Of a stretch of DNA of 64,000 nucleotides, positions 38,225-49,590 are shown in pieces. The position numbers and the translations under genes are program-made. This DNA is from Chloroflexota bacterium. Lineage in GTDB: Bacteria > Chloroflexota > UBA6077 > JAJPHF01. The first letter of the stretch is position 1. Each line of letters begins with the position of its first letter. The notes beneath the pieces were generated by a model. It had not been told where the DNA came from. It saw nothing but the letters and a program-made list of their open reading frames with translations, and did not search any database. The stretch lies in the NCBI GenBank assembly GCA_035294645.1, contig DATGKN010000119.1, positions 8,972 to 72,971 on the forward strand, given 5' to 3'.

Positions 38225-38719
38225 TTGTCGTTTAATCGCGCGGTGATGTATCCAGCGGCACGACGACGGCCTCCTCGCCTGGCGCGGCTGCTCGACCGGG
38301 CCTGGGCGCGCTATGACGACCTCAGCGACCCGCAGCGGGTACTGCTCGGCGTCCTCCTGGCGCTCGTGCTGGCGGCCAGCGCGCTGTACCTGCTCGGCGC
38401 GGCCAGCCTGCTCGCGCTCCAACGCTGGCCCGAGGGACTACCGCCCTCAACGACCAGTCCCCAGCAAGCGGCCGCCTCCCCAACCGAGGAGGTCGAGCCT
38501 ATCTCGCCCCTGTTAGCGGACATCACTCCCACGCTACGGCCGACGCTCACGCCCCGGCCCACCTCCACAGCCTCCCCCACGCCGCCCCGCGCGAGCGGGC
38601 TGCCGGGCGCGGGGCCCCCGAGCGTTTCCCCGGGCGGCCGCCCGCTCGGCCTCACTACCCCGACGCCCACGGGCCGCGGGATCGCCATCACCCCCACGCC
38701 CCCGCGCTCCCTGCGCTGA
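38225..38719 (+). CDS. Membrane-anchored protein with Pro/Thr-rich tail (start uncertain)
   Basis: One TM helix ([26 protein letters not shown]) then PT-rich sequence. An alternative ATG lies about 21 nt downstream of the ORF start. Confidence 0.45.
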   Translation: MSFNRAVMYPAARRRPPRLARLLDRAWARYDDLSDPQRVLLGVLLALVLAASALYLLGAASLLALQRWPEGLPPSTTSPQQAAASPTEEVEPISPLLADITPTLRPTLTPRPTSTASPTPPRASGLPGAGPPSVSPGGRPLGLTTPTPTGRGIAITPTPPRSLR

Positions 38720-38805
38720 GCGGCCTACCGGGCGAAAAGCGGCCGCGCCAGACGGCTATGCTATACTCCCCGCGACACGGCCGCTGCACGGCTAGCGAGG
38801 GAAGC

Positions 38806-39798
38806 GTGGCCCTAGGCAAAGACTTCCTAGCGATCGGCGACCTCGACGCCGACGAGCTACACGCGCTGCTAGACACCGCGCTGGCCTTGAAAGCCGAGTG
38901 GGCGCGCGGACACCTACCGCCGCTGCTGGCGGGCAAGCGACTGGCGCTGGTGTTCCAGAAGCCGTCGCTGCGCACGCGCGTGTCGTTCGAGGTGGCCATG
39001 CAGCACCTCGGCGGCACCGCCCTGTACCTCTCCCCGGCCGAGGTGGGGCTGGGCCAGCGGGAGAGCTTCGCCGACGTGGCGCGGGTGCTCAGCCGCTACG
39101 TGGACGCGATCGCCGCGCGCACGTTCCTGCACAGCGACTGCGAGACGCTGGCCGCCCACGCCACCGTGCCGGTGATCAACGCGCTGTCCGACCGCGAGCA
39201 CCCCTGCCAGTGCCTGGCGGACCTGCTGTCGATCCGCGAGCGGTTCGGGCGGCTGGAGGGCATCCCGGTAGCGTTCGTGGGCGACGGGAACAACGTGGCA
39301 GCGTCGCTGATCGCCGCCGCGCCGCTGGTGGGGCTCGACCTGCGCGTGGCCACCCCCCCGGGCTACGAGCCCGACGCGGGGATCTGGAAGCGAGCCCGCC
39401 AGCGTGCCCAAACGCCGGCCGCCGAGGCGCGCGGGGCGCGGCTGCGCCTGTTCCACGACCCCACCGAGGCCGTGCGCGGCGCCCGCGTCATCTACACCGA
39501 CGTCTGGTTTAGTATGGGACAGGAGGCCGAGCGCGAGCAGCGCCAGGCGATCTTCCCGCCCTACCAGGTCAACGCCGCGCTGGTGGCCCACGCGGCCGAC
39601 GACGCAGTGGTGATGCACTGCCTGCCCGCCCACCGCGGCGAGGAGATCACCGACGAGGTGCTCGACGGCCCGCGCTCGATCGTGCTGGACCAAGCGGAGA
39701 ACCGGCTGCACGCGCAGAAGGCGCTGCTGTGCGCGCTGCTCGGGGCCCCCGAGGTGGCCCTGGCGCGAGGCGCCCGCCCCGAAGCGGGCAGCAGCTAG
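38806..39798 (+). CDS. argF: Ornithine carbamoyltransferase
   Basis: SLRTRVSFE (STRTR motif), [10 protein letters not shown] (HPxQ), [11 protein letters not shown] start with GGGAAG RBS. Confidence 0.9.
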   Translation: MALGKDFLAIGDLDADELHALLDTALALKAEWARGHLPPLLAGKRLALVFQKPSLRTRVSFEVAMQHLGGTALYLSPAEVGLGQRESFADVARVLSRYVDAIAARTFLHSDCETLAAHATVPVINALSDREHPCQCLADLLSIRERFGRLEGIPVAFVGDGNNVAASLIAAAPLVGLDLRVATPPGYEPDAGIWKRARQRAQTPAAEARGARLRLFHDPTEAVRGARVIYTDVWFSMGQEAEREQRQAIFPPYQVNAALVAHAADDAVVMHCLPAHRGEEITDEVLDGPRSIVLDQAENRLHAQKALLCALLGAPEVALARGARPEAGSS

Positions 39799-39885
39799 TA
39801 CCCCGGCGCGGGGCGGCGCGCCGGACAGCCGGCGGCGCGTGCGCGGCGCGGCTCGCCCGGGCGGGCCACGGGGAGACGTGCGGCC

Positions 39886-40770
39886 TTGAGTGAGCTGCTC
39901 CAGAACCTGCTCTACGGCCTCCGCCTGCTCGTCGACTGGCGCGGGCTGGTCGAGTTCCTGATCATCACCGTGGTGATCTATGTCGGCCTGTCGTTCATCC
40001 AAGGGACCACGGCGATGCCTATCCTGCGCGGGCTGGCCATCGCCTACGTCGTCGGCGCCGTGCTGGCCAACCTGTTTGCCTTCTCGGTGATCGGCTCGCT
40101 GCTGCGCGGCGCGCTCAACGGCCTGCTGCTCGCCCTGGTGGTCATCTTCGCCCCCGAGCTGCGTCGCGCGGGCGAGCAGCTCGGGCGGCCTGGCCAGCTG
40201 CTGCGCCGCCCGGCCACCCTCACGGCCGCCGGCCGCACCATCGACACGATCGCCACCACCGCGCGGCGGCTGTCCGAGCTGCGCTGGGGCGCGCTGATCG
40301 TGCTGGAGCGCAACACCGGCCTGGGCGAGTACGCCGAGACCGGCACGCGGTTGGACGCCCTGCTGTCCGAGCAGATGTTGCTGAACATCTTCTTCCCCCA
40401 CGCGCCACTGCACGACGGCGCGGTGATCGTGCAGGGCGAGCGGATCGTCGCCGCGGGCTGCCTCCTGCCGCTCACGGAAAACACGCACCTCGGCGCGCAC
40501 CTGGGCACCCGCCACCGGGCGGCGATCGGGATCACGGAGCGGACCGACGCACTGTGCGTGGTGGTCTCGGAGGAGAACGGCCAGATCTCGATCGCCAACA
40601 ACGGCCGCATGGTGCGCAACCTCGACGAGGAGAAGCTGCGCAAGGTGCTCCAAGTCATCTACCAGCCGGCGCAGCAACGCGGGCGGCTACGGCTCGTGCG
40701 TGGGATCACGAGCTGGCTGCGCGACGTGGGTACCTGGATTCGCGGCGGGGAGGCGCGGCGCCATGCCTGA
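39886..40770 (+). CDS. cdaA: Diadenylate cyclase CdaA (membrane-anchored DAC domain)
   Basis: Three N-terminal TM helices. DAC motifs LHDGAVIV...GTRHRAAIGITE...VVVSEENGQIS. Apparent TTG start with GGGGAGA RBS. Confidence 0.85.
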   Translation: MSELLQNLLYGLRLLVDWRGLVEFLIITVVIYVGLSFIQGTTAMPILRGLAIAYVVGAVLANLFAFSVIGSLLRGALNGLLLALVVIFAPELRRAGEQLGRPGQLLRRPATLTAAGRTIDTIATTARRLSELRWGALIVLERNTGLGEYAETGTRLDALLSEQMLLNIFFPHAPLHDGAVIVQGERIVAAGCLLPLTENTHLGAHLGTRHRAAIGITERTDALCVVVSEENGQISIANNGRMVRNLDEEKLRKVLQVIYQPAQQRGRLRLVRGITSWLRDVGTWIRGGEARRHA

Positions 40771-42238
40771 GATTCCAGGGTTCGACCTCGGCCGCGCCCT
40801 GCTGGCCCTCGCCTTCTCGCTCGCCATCTGGGTGCAGGTACAAGCCGAGCAGAACCCCGAGCGCCTGACCACGCTGCGGCTCACCGTCGAGCCGCGCAAC
40901 GTGCCCCCGGGGCTGGTGGTCACCAACCAGGCGGAGTGGAGCCCGGTGGAGGTCCAGATCAGTGCGCCGCGCGACGCGCTGGCCGAGGTTCACGAGGCGG
41001 ACTTCCGCGCCTTCGTCGACCTCTCGCGTGCCGTGCGCACCACCGATCCCGCGGGCGAGGAGTTCGAGGTCCAGGTGGCGCAAGTGGGCAGCCGCGACCC
41101 GCGCGTGCGCATCGGCGAGCCGAATCCGCGCCGGCTGCGCGTGCGGCTGGAGGAGGTGATCTCGCGCTCGGTGCCGGTGCGCGCGCGCACCGAGGGCAAC
41201 CCCCCGTTCGGGTACCGCGCGGGGCGCGCGGAGATCAGCCCCCCCAGCGTGAGCGTGACCGGCCCGGCCAGCTACGTCAACCGCGTCGAGGCGGCGGAGG
41301 TCGAGGTGCGCTTGGACGCGGCCACCGCCGACATCGACCAGCAGCTGCCGGTGCAGTTGGTCAGCGCCCAGGGCGAGCGCCTCAATCCCAGCACCGCCCA
41401 GACCCAGGTCCAGCCCGCGCTGGTCCGCGTCACCCTGCCCGTCACGCAGCAGCTCGGCTACAAGGAGGTCGGCATTCATCCCCGCGTGCAGGGGAGCGTT
41501 CCCCCAGGCTATTGGGTGCAGAGCGTTACCGTCGATCCCGCCGTCGTCCCGCTGGTCGGCGATCCCGCCGCCCTGACCAACGTGAACGCGGTGGAGACCA
41601 GTCCTATCGATCTCACCGGTCATACCAGCCCCTTCTCGCAACCGGTCAGCGCGCAGGTGCCCCCGGGCCTCACGCTGGGCCGGGCCGATCAGATCACCCT
41701 GACCGTGCAGGTCGTGCCGCTGACCCTGACGCAGACGCTGCGCGTGCCGATCAACGTCGCCAACCTAGCTAGCACCCTCTACGTCAGTAACGACCTCCCC
41801 CTGGTCGAGGTCACCGCCAGTGGACCGGCTACCCAGGGGCTGAACGCGACGGACGTGCGCGCCCGGGTCGACGCCAGCAGCCTCGACGCCGGCACGTACG
41901 CGCTGCCCGTCGCGGTGCAGCTGCCGCCGGGCTTCACGCTGGAGGCGCTGCAACCGAGCACCGTGACGCTCACGTTGCAAGCGGTGAGCTCGCGCGCCGC
42001 TCCCACGCCCGCGCCACCACCGCCCTCCCCGCCCCCGCCCACCGTGGAGGGGAGCGGCGTGCCCCAGCCGGAAGCGTCCGCGACTCCCGTGCCGATCCCC
42101 ACCGCATCGCCCTCCGCAACCCCGACCGCCCCGCCGACGGCCACGCCCACGGGCACGCGCACCGCCTCGCCCACGCCCGGCGCGTCCGCCACGGCCACCC
42201 CGGCGCCGACACGCACCACGACGGCAGGGGAGCGATAG
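40763..42238 (+). CDS. cdaR: CdaR (YbbR-repeat regulator of CdaA) with Pro/Ala/Thr-rich C-terminal tail
   Basis: YbbR-like repeats; N-terminal TM. Start overlaps the cdaA stop by 8 nt. Confidence 0.8.
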   Translation: MPEIPGFDLGRALLALAFSLAIWVQVQAEQNPERLTTLRLTVEPRNVPPGLVVTNQAEWSPVEVQISAPRDALAEVHEADFRAFVDLSRAVRTTDPAGEEFEVQVAQVGSRDPRVRIGEPNPRRLRVRLEEVISRSVPVRARTEGNPPFGYRAGRAEISPPSVSVTGPASYVNRVEAAEVEVRLDAATADIDQQLPVQLVSAQGERLNPSTAQTQVQPALVRVTLPVTQQLGYKEVGIHPRVQGSVPPGYWVQSVTVDPAVVPLVGDPAALTNVNAVETSPIDLTGHTSPFSQPVSAQVPPGLTLGRADQITLTVQVVPLTLTQTLRVPINVANLASTLYVSNDLPLVEVTASGPATQGLNATDVRARVDASSLDAGTYALPVAVQLPPGFTLEALQPSTVTLTLQAVSSRAAPTPAPPPPSPPPPTVEGSGVPQPEASATPVPIPTASPSATPTAPPTATPTGTRTASPTPGASATATPAPTRTTTAGER

Positions 42239-42242
42239 CCAT

Positions 42243-43559
42243 ATGGTCAAACCGCTGGTCGCCTTGGTCGGCCGGCCGAACGTCGGCAAATCGACGCTGT
42301 TCAACCGCCTCATCGGGCGCCCTTACGCAGTGACGCACGAGGTGCCCGGCACCACGCGCGACCGCCTGTACGGCAACGCGGAGTGGGCCGAGGTGGAGTT
42401 CACGCTGGTCGATACGGGGGGCATCGGGCTGGAAGTCGAAGGCGACATCATGGCCGGCACGCGGGCCCAGGCCCAGGCGGCTATCGACGAGGCCGACGTT
42501 ATCGTGCTGGTCACCGATGGACAGACCGGCCCCACCAGCGCCGACTTCGACCTGGCCGAGCTGCTGCGCCGCACTCAGAAGCCCGTGCTGGTCGCGGTGA
42601 ACAAGACCGAGGGCCCGCGCGGACCGCTCCTCGCGCTGGAGTTCCACGCGCTGGGGCTCGGCGAGCCGATCGCGATCTCCGCCATCCACGGTAGCGGCGT
42701 GGCCGACCTGCTCGACGCTATCCTCGTGCGGCTGCCCCGCACTCCTGAGGAGCCGCCCGCCGAGGACGAGATCGGCATCGCCATCGTCGGGCGCCCGAAC
42801 GTGGGCAAGAGTTCGCTGCTCAACGCTATCGTGGGCCAGCCGCGCTCGATCGTCAGCGACCTCCCCGGGACCACGCGCGACGCGGTAGATACCGTATTCG
42901 ACTACGGCGAGCACCGCCTGCGCCTGATCGATACCGCCGGCATCCGCCGCCGTGGCCGCATCGTGCCGGGGGTCGAGAAGTACAGCGTGCTGCGCGCCCT
43001 ACGGGCCATCGACCGCGCCGATGTAGCTATCTTGGTGCTGGACGCCCAGGAGGGCATCACGGCGCAGGACGCCCACATCGCGGGCTACATCCAAGAGGCG
43101 GCCAAGGGCGTCGTGCTGGTCTTGAACAAGTGGGACCTGGTGGAGAAGAACCCGCGCGTGCAGACCGAGTGGACGCAGGTCGTGCGCCGCAATCTCCAGT
43201 TTCTGGACTACGCGCCGCTGCTGTTCGTGTCGGCGCTGACGGGGCGCGGCGTGCGGCGTGTGCTCGACGCGGCGATCGCGGCGGCGCAGGAGCATCGCCG
43301 CCGGGTGCCCACCGCGCGGCTGAACGCCGTGATCGGCCAGGCGATACAGGACCACCCGCTGTACAGCAAGGGCAAACAGTTCAAGATCCTCTATGCCACC
43401 CAGAGCGACGTGCGGCCGCCCACGTTCGTGTTCTTCTGCAACGACCCAGAGCTGCTCCACTTCTCGTACCGGCGCTACCTGGAGAACCGCCTGCGGCAGG
43501 CGTTCGGCTTCGAGGGCACGGGCCTCAAGTTGGTGTTCCGCGGCCGGCGCGAGGAGTGA
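42243..43559 (+). CDS. der: Ribosome-associated GTPase Der/EngA (tandem GTPase domains plus KH)
   Basis: Two G-domains (GRPNVGKSTLFN...; GRPNVGKSSLLN...). Confidence 0.92.
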   Translation: MVKPLVALVGRPNVGKSTLFNRLIGRPYAVTHEVPGTTRDRLYGNAEWAEVEFTLVDTGGIGLEVEGDIMAGTRAQAQAAIDEADVIVLVTDGQTGPTSADFDLAELLRRTQKPVLVAVNKTEGPRGPLLALEFHALGLGEPIAISAIHGSGVADLLDAILVRLPRTPEEPPAEDEIGIAIVGRPNVGKSSLLNAIVGQPRSIVSDLPGTTRDAVDTVFDYGEHRLRLIDTAGIRRRGRIVPGVEKYSVLRALRAIDRADVAILVLDAQEGITAQDAHIAGYIQEAAKGVVLVLNKWDLVEKNPRVQTEWTQVVRRNLQFLDYAPLLFVSALTGRGVRRVLDAAIAAAQEHRRRVPTARLNAVIGQAIQDHPLYSKGKQFKILYATQSDVRPPTFVFFCNDPELLHFSYRRYLENRLRQAFGFEGTGLKLVFRGRREE

Positions 43560-44190
43560 GTGGGAAGCGCGCGAGCGGCGTGTAGCGCGGGCCCGCTGGC
43601 TGCAGCTCGCTGCGCATGAGCGTCAGCGCCTCGACGGTGAACGGCGGCGGCGCGGCGGGCAGCGGCAAGGCGGGGAGCTGCCGGGCGAGTCGCCGGCCGA
43701 CGGCCGGGTCGGCTCCTGGGCGGGCACGACCGAGTGTCAGGTGCGCTACCAGCGGCTTGCGGTCGAACGCCACGCCTTCGGCGGCCAGCGCCGCGCCCAC
43801 GGCAGCGTGCAGCGCCTCCAGCCCATGGCCGCTGGCGTGGGCGCCCACCCACAGCACACGCGGGACCGCCCCGCCGAAGTGGCCGAGCGGGCCCAGGGCG
43901 AGCTGAAAAGGCGCCTGGCGCGCGGTGGCGTCACGCAGCGCGCGCTCGATGGCCGCGCGCTGCGCCGGCGGCTGCTCGCCGAGAAACACCACGGTCAGAT
44001 GGAGCAGCTCGGGCGCGACCCAGCGGGCATAGCCGGGCGCTAGCCGCTCCAGCTCCGCCGCCCGCGCGGCCAGGTAGCGGCGCCACGCCGCGGGCAGCTC
44101 GATAGCCACGAACAGCCGCAGCCGCGCGGCGGCCGGCGGCTCCGCCTCGCCGGTGCCGGCGGGGGGGTTAGTGGCCATCGCCTCCCCCAT
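43525..44190 (-). CDS. thpR: RNA 2',3'-cyclic phosphodiesterase (2H phosphoesterase, ThpR/LigT)
   Basis: Two H-x-T/S-x motifs (HLTVVFLG, HLTLGR). 3' end overlaps the convergent der by 35 nt. Confidence 0.8.
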   Translation of the reverse strand: MGEAMATNPPAGTGEAEPPAAARLRLFVAIELPAAWRRYLAARAAELERLAPGYARWVAPELLHLTVVFLGEQPPAQRAAIERALRDATARQAPFQLALGPLGHFGGAVPRVLWVGAHASGHGLEALHAAVGAALAAEGVAFDRKPLVAHLTLGRARPGADPAVGRRLARQLPALPLPAAPPPFTVEALTLMRSELQPAGPRYTPLARFPLTPRAGRGTPT

Positions 44191-44503
44191 TCGGCGACGC
44201 CTCGCTCTCGGCCCGCGCGCGGTCGTCGAACACGCCCACCTCGCGGCCCACGAACACCGAGACCACGAAGTCCTCGCGCGCTACCCCGGCTGTCCAGACC
44301 AGATCGTCGTCGATCTGGGCGAGCAACGCGCGCACCACCGCGCGGTCGAGCTCCTGCTCGAGCAGGAGCAGTCCGTACACCACGCCTTGGGCGAAGTGCA
44401 GCTCGAGGCGCCCGAGCGGCGTCTCGCCCAGGCTCAGGAGGTACGCCTCGGAGGCCAGGGTGCGGTACAGCCGGTCATAGCGGAGCGCGCGGCTCTCGGC
44501 CAC
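44168..44503 (-). CDS. Hypothetical small protein (about 111 aa) between glnA and thpR
   Basis: In-frame C-terminal part of track ORF 44168..44791. GTG start preceded by AGGAG. Good codon bias. The upstream part of the track ORF overlaps glnA in another frame and is rejected. Confidence 0.45.
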   Translation of the reverse strand: MAESRALRYDRLYRTLASEAYLLSLGETPLGRLELHFAQGVVYGLLLLEQELDRAVVRALLAQIDDDLVWTAGVAREDFVVSVFVGREVGVFDDRARAESEASPNGGGDGH

Positions 44504-44513
44504 GGCCGGGCTC

Positions 44514-45869
44514 CTAGTAGACCTGCAGGTAGCGCTCGATCTCCCAGGGCGTGACCTGCTTGCGGTACTCATCCCATTCCTGGCGCTTGGCCTCCAGGAA
44601 CCAGTCGAACACGTGCTGACCGAGCGCCTCGCGCACCACGTCGTCGCGCTCCAGCTCGTCGAGCGCCTCGGCCAGCGAGGTGGGCAGCATGCCCACGGCG
44701 TGCTTGGCCATGGTCTGCTCGTCGAAATGGAACAGGTCCTCCTCGATCGGCGGCGGCAGCGGCAGCTGGCGCTTGATCCCGTCGAGGCCACAGGCGAGCA
44801 TCACGGCGAAGGCGAGGTACGGGTTGCAGCTCGGGTCGGGGCAGCGCAGCTCGATGCGGGTCGACGAGGGACGCCCCTTGGTGATGCGCGGTACCCGTAC
44901 CAGTGCCGAGCGGTTGATGCGCCCCCAGCTGATGTACACCGGCGCCTCGTAGCCAGGCACCAGCCGCTTGTAGGAGTTCACCAGCGGCGCCAGCACGGCG
45001 CACATGCCGCGCGCGTGGTGCAACAGCCCGGCCATGTAGTGGCGCGCGATCGCCGACAGGCCGTACTCGTTGGTCTCGTCGTGGAACAGGTTCTGGCCCG
45101 TGTGGATGTCGGCGAGGCTCTGGTGCGTATGCATGCCAGAGCCGGCCATGCCGTAGAACGGCTTGGGCATGAACGTGGCATACAGGCCGTGGCGCTCGGC
45201 GATCGCCTTCATGGTCACCCGGAAGGTAATCGCCGCGTCGGCGGTGCGCAGCGCCGGCCCGTAGCGGAAGTCGATCTCGTGCTGGCCCGGCGCCACCTCG
45301 TGGTGGCTCGCCTCGACGGTGATGCCCTGGGCCTCCAGGGCATTGACCATCTCCTTGCGCACCTCGGCGGCCTCGTCGGTGGTCACGTCGAAGTAGCTGG
45401 CCCGATCGTGCGGCAAGCTCTCGATGGCCCCGGGCCGGTCGCCGCGCAGCAGGAAGAACTCCAGCTCCGGCCCCGTTTGGAACAGGAAGCCCAGGCGCGC
45501 CGCCTCGGCCTCCATGCGCCGCAGCACATAGCGCGGGTCGCCGGCGAACTCCGTCCCATCGGGGGTGTACACGTTGCAGATCACCTTGGCCGTGGGGTTG
45601 CCGTCCTGCTCCCAGGGGATCGGCCCGAACGTGGCCAGGTCGGGCTCCAGGTACATGTCGCTCTCGTGGATGCGCGCGAACCCCTCGATCGAGGAGCCAT
45701 CGAACCACAGGCCGTAGTCGATGGCATCCTCGAACTTATGGATGGGGATAGTGATGTTCTTCACCACTCCGACGATGTCGGTGAACTGCAAGTTGACGAA
45801 CTTGACGCCGCTGCGCTCGGCCTGGCTGAGCACCTCCTGCTTCAGCTCGCGATTGGCCCGGTTGCTCAT
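44514..45869 (-). CDS. glnA: Glutamine synthetase, type I
   Basis: FDGSSIEGFARIHESDMYL...; full GS catalytic domain. Confidence 0.92.
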   Translation of the reverse strand: MSNRANRELKQEVLSQAERSGVKFVNLQFTDIVGVVKNITIPIHKFEDAIDYGLWFDGSSIEGFARIHESDMYLEPDLATFGPIPWEQDGNPTAKVICNVYTPDGTEFAGDPRYVLRRMEAEAARLGFLFQTGPELEFFLLRGDRPGAIESLPHDRASYFDVTTDEAAEVRKEMVNALEAQGITVEASHHEVAPGQHEIDFRYGPALRTADAAITFRVTMKAIAERHGLYATFMPKPFYGMAGSGMHTHQSLADIHTGQNLFHDETNEYGLSAIARHYMAGLLHHARGMCAVLAPLVNSYKRLVPGYEAPVYISWGRINRSALVRVPRITKGRPSSTRIELRCPDPSCNPYLAFAVMLACGLDGIKRQLPLPPPIEEDLFHFDEQTMAKHAVGMLPTSLAEALDELERDDVVREALGQHVFDWFLEAKRQEWDEYRKQVTPWEIERYLQVY

Positions 45870-47632
45870 CTGCTCCTATCCTCTCTAGCGTGTGCCACGC
45901 GGCTCGCCCGCGCTGCCTGTGCGCCGTTGACCGGCTCCCCGGCCGCGGCGCCGCTCGCCTCCACCACCTCCACCGGGCGCCGCGGCCCGGCCGCCGGCCG
46001 CAGGCGCAGGGCGACCTGCACGGCCAGCCGCACCTCAGGATCGTCCAGGTCGAGCCCGGCGATCGCCTGGATGCGGGCCAGGCGGTACAGCAGCGTGTTG
46101 CGGTGCAGGTGCAGCGCCTCGGCGGCGCGCACGTGGTTGCCGTGGTGGGCGAAGAACCCCTCCAGGGTGCGGATCAGCTCGGTGCCGTGGCGCTCGTCGT
46201 AGCTCTCCAGCGCCCCCAGGAACTCGTCGTAGAACGCCTGCAGCTCGGGCGAGCCGCGCAGCGGGAACAGCAGCCGGCGGATGCCCAGATCGGCGAAGTG
46301 GGTGGTCCGGCTGCCGCCGAGCAATGCTTGGCCGATGGCCAACGCCTCGGCGGCCTCGTGGTAGCTGGTGCTCAGCCCCGCCAGCCCCCGATAGGCGCGC
46401 CCGACGCCCAGCGAGACCGCCAGCCCTTCGAGCAGGCCCGCCAACGCCTGGCGCAGCGCCTCCGGCCCAGGCCCCCCGCGCGCCACCTCGGGGCCAGCGG
46501 GCACGAACACCACCACGCGCTCCTCTTCTTGGCGCAGCAGGTATGCCACACCGCGTTCGTCGAGCAGCCGCCGCAGCGCATCGCGCAGCCGCAGGCGGGG
46601 TTGCTCGACCGTGCTGCTATCGCCGGCCGGGCCGTGGTCGAGGGCGAAGGCCAGCGCGACGTGCTCGCCGTTTAGATCGTAGCCCAGCGCGCGCGCCCGG
46701 GCCGCCAGCTCGGCCTCGGACGCGAAGCGGCCGGTCAGCGCGGCGTCGAGCACATCGGCCTGCAGGCGGTACTCGGCCTCGGCCACGGCCCGCTGCTTGG
46801 CGATCTCCAGTGCGCAGACAATCGCCGCCGGGCCGATGATCAGGTGGTCCAGCTCGTCGCAGGCCGCCGCCGGTCCCACGGCGCTGAGGAACCCGGCCAT
46901 CGTACGCTTGAGCACGATCGGCACGATCACCCGCGCCAGGCCCGAGTCGCCCAACAGCTGCACCTGGGGGCTGGGGGCGTGGGCGCGCAGCTCCTCACGG
47001 CGGGGCCAGGGCAACTCGCGCGTGCGCGCTTGCAGCTCGGCGATCACCACCGCTAGCGGGGGGAGTGGCGCGTCGGCGCGCGGGGCCTGCGGCGCCGCGG
47101 CCTCCTGCACGAGCCCATACTCGTCCTGGATCACCACCAGCTTCTCCATCGTGTCGGCCAAGGCCTGCACGATGGCCCCGAGCCCGCGGTCTTCCAGCGC
47201 GATGCGCGTGAGCCGCTGGTAGGTCTCGTCGGCGCGCTGGCGCAGGTGGGCGCGGCGATCCACGATCAGCGCGACGATCGCACGTTCCAGATCCGCTGCG
47301 CGTACCGCCGCGGGCGCGACGAGTAGCGGCATGCCCGCCGCCTCGGCCGCCTCGACCAACGCGGACGGGGGCGGCTGCACCAGCAGCAGGCCCGCGACTT
47401 TGATCTCGTCGAGCAGGCCGACCAGCCGGCGGGCGCTCTCGCTGGTGACCGCCGGGGGAAGCGCCGCGAAAATCACCAGCTCGCCGGCTTCCAGCGAGCC
47501 GGCGGCGAGCGGGCGCGTACCCGCTACCCGAGCCCAGTGGACGGGACGCTGGAGGTTGGCCGCGCCGGCGAGGACCCGCGTGTCGGCGGGCAAGGCAAGG
47601 CGCATGATCTCCGCCAGGGTCAGCTGGCGCAA
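45866..47632 (-). CDS. PucR/CdaR-family transcriptional regulator, translationally coupled to glnA
   Basis: C-terminal PucR HTH (HGNHVRAAEALHLHRNTLLYRLARIQAIAGLDL). ATGA overlap with the glnA start. Candidate TTG start with AGAGAGGG RBS (ATG alternative at 47605). Confidence 0.75.
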   Translation of the reverse strand: MRQLTLAEIMRLALPADTRVLAGAANLQRPVHWARVAGTRPLAAGSLEAGELVIFAALPPAVTSESARRLVGLLDEIKVAGLLLVQPPPSALVEAAEAAGMPLLVAPAAVRAADLERAIVALIVDRRAHLRQRADETYQRLTRIALEDRGLGAIVQALADTMEKLVVIQDEYGLVQEAAAPQAPRADAPLPPLAVVIAELQARTRELPWPRREELRAHAPSPQVQLLGDSGLARVIVPIVLKRTMAGFLSAVGPAAACDELDHLIIGPAAIVCALEIAKQRAVAEAEYRLQADVLDAALTGRFASEAELAARARALGYDLNGEHVALAFALDHGPAGDSSTVEQPRLRLRDALRRLLDERGVAYLLRQEEERVVVFVPAGPEVARGGPGPEALRQALAGLLEGLAVSLGVGRAYRGLAGLSTSYHEAAEALAIGQALLGGSRTTHFADLGIRRLLFPLRGSPELQAFYDEFLGALESYDERHGTELIRTLEGFFAHHGNHVRAAEALHLHRNTLLYRLARIQAIAGLDLDDPEVRLAVQVALRLRPAAGPRRPVEVVEASGAAAGEPVNGAQAARASRVAHAREDRSR

Positions 47633-47891
47633 CGAGCAGCCCTCTCTGCGTCGACTGGCTGAGCGAGCAACTACAGCGACCGGGATGCGAGCAGCGGCGA
47701 CATCGGCGCGGCGGCAAGCCCCGAGCCTGTGCAAAGTATACGAGCCACACGGCGCGCTGGCAAGCCGCGACGCCCGCCACTAGGCCGTTACACCCAAGGC
47801 ATGTTGGGCGGGCAGCACGAATCCCGGTGCCGCTTGGCACCAACCGCTCCCGCATGGTACCGTGGAGGTGGCAGGAACGACGCCTGCTCGC

Positions 47892-49586
<1,695 letters not shown>

Positions 49587-49590
<4 letters not shown>

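Noticed and set aside
38914-40677. 587-aa minus-strand ORF spanning argF and cdaA on the opposite strand
   Set aside because: It lies antisense to two strongly supported genes (OTC motifs and DAC motifs). It is Arg/Gly/Ala/Pro-rich and low complexity, typical of GC-driven spurious ORFs, with no domain signatures.
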